From positions 2,968,441 to 3,032,440 of the forward strand of contig MU055269.1 of NCBI GenBank assembly GCA_013239625.1: a stretch of DNA of 64,000 nt, read 5' to 3'. The first letter of the stretch is position 1. Every line of letters starts with the position of its first letter. This document shows positions 63,578-64,000 of this stretch, piece after piece. Under the pieces are notes generated by a model. It saw only the letters and a program-made list of their open reading frames with translations. It did no database searches and was not told where the DNA came from. The stretch comes from Lama guanicoe. Its lineage: Eukaryota. A program made the translations under genes and the position numbers.

Positions 63578-64000
63578 AAGCCCACCAGCTTCTGAGGCAG
63601 AGAAAAAGCATCGTCTCAGATTCAAAGTCGGGCGTCGGTGGGACCACTTGCCCCTGCTCATCACGTGTGAGTGACCTTTGGGGACCTCAACAAGTGGGCC
63701 ATTTCCCATTCATATTAATGCCATCTGATAGGTAGAAGCCATCTCTTTTCAGCAGAAAATGAGCCAATCAGTCTATTAAAAAAGAAAGAAGAGCTTGGCT
63801 GGTGCAGAGCCGGACTTTGAGGGTGAGTAACACCGACGGGGAGAGCCTGGAAGTGGAGCTCGTCAGGACGGACCGCAATGGGGCCTGAGACGCCTCCCCT
63901 CCTGGCGGAGCCACATCCTCCGGGCCCACCTCCTTCTGACCACGCAGTGCCCCGTGACCTGCAGAAGCTGACCCATGCAGGTGCCACGGCGGGGACTCCC

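Noticed and set aside
1-64000. Naming the host or target gene
   Set aside because: No exon recognised; candidate loci are contextual guesses that need alignment

Overview
Non-coding mammalian genomic DNA, very probably camelid (camel/alpaca), judged from three copies of a Vic-1-type tRNA-derived SINE. I find no credible protein-coding exon, RNA gene, CRISPR array or prokaryotic system; the ORF track is explained by high GC content and decayed transposons. The background is GC- and CpG-rich and carries old repeats (L1M, L2, MIR, MaLR/ERVL LTRs, hAT-Charlie). It is interrupted by about ten AT-rich, largely repeat-free islands dense in homeodomain/TALE motifs, which look like conserved non-coding elements (CNEs) in the gene desert or large intron of a developmental regulator I cannot name. 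Main observations: (1) all seven N-runs lie in or next to these islands and all have lengths equal to 4 mod 8, suggesting computational masking of highly conserved cores rather than assembly gaps; (2) several CNE-like islands abut orphan CpG islands; (3) there are three short local duplications, including an inverted pair bracketing a CNE and a clean templated insertion; (4) a KLF/SP-site minisatellite lies beside the largest masked element. Repeat family names come from recalled consensus sequences with approximate boundaries, and conservation is inferred, not measured. I cannot support a claim of a wholly new biological system.
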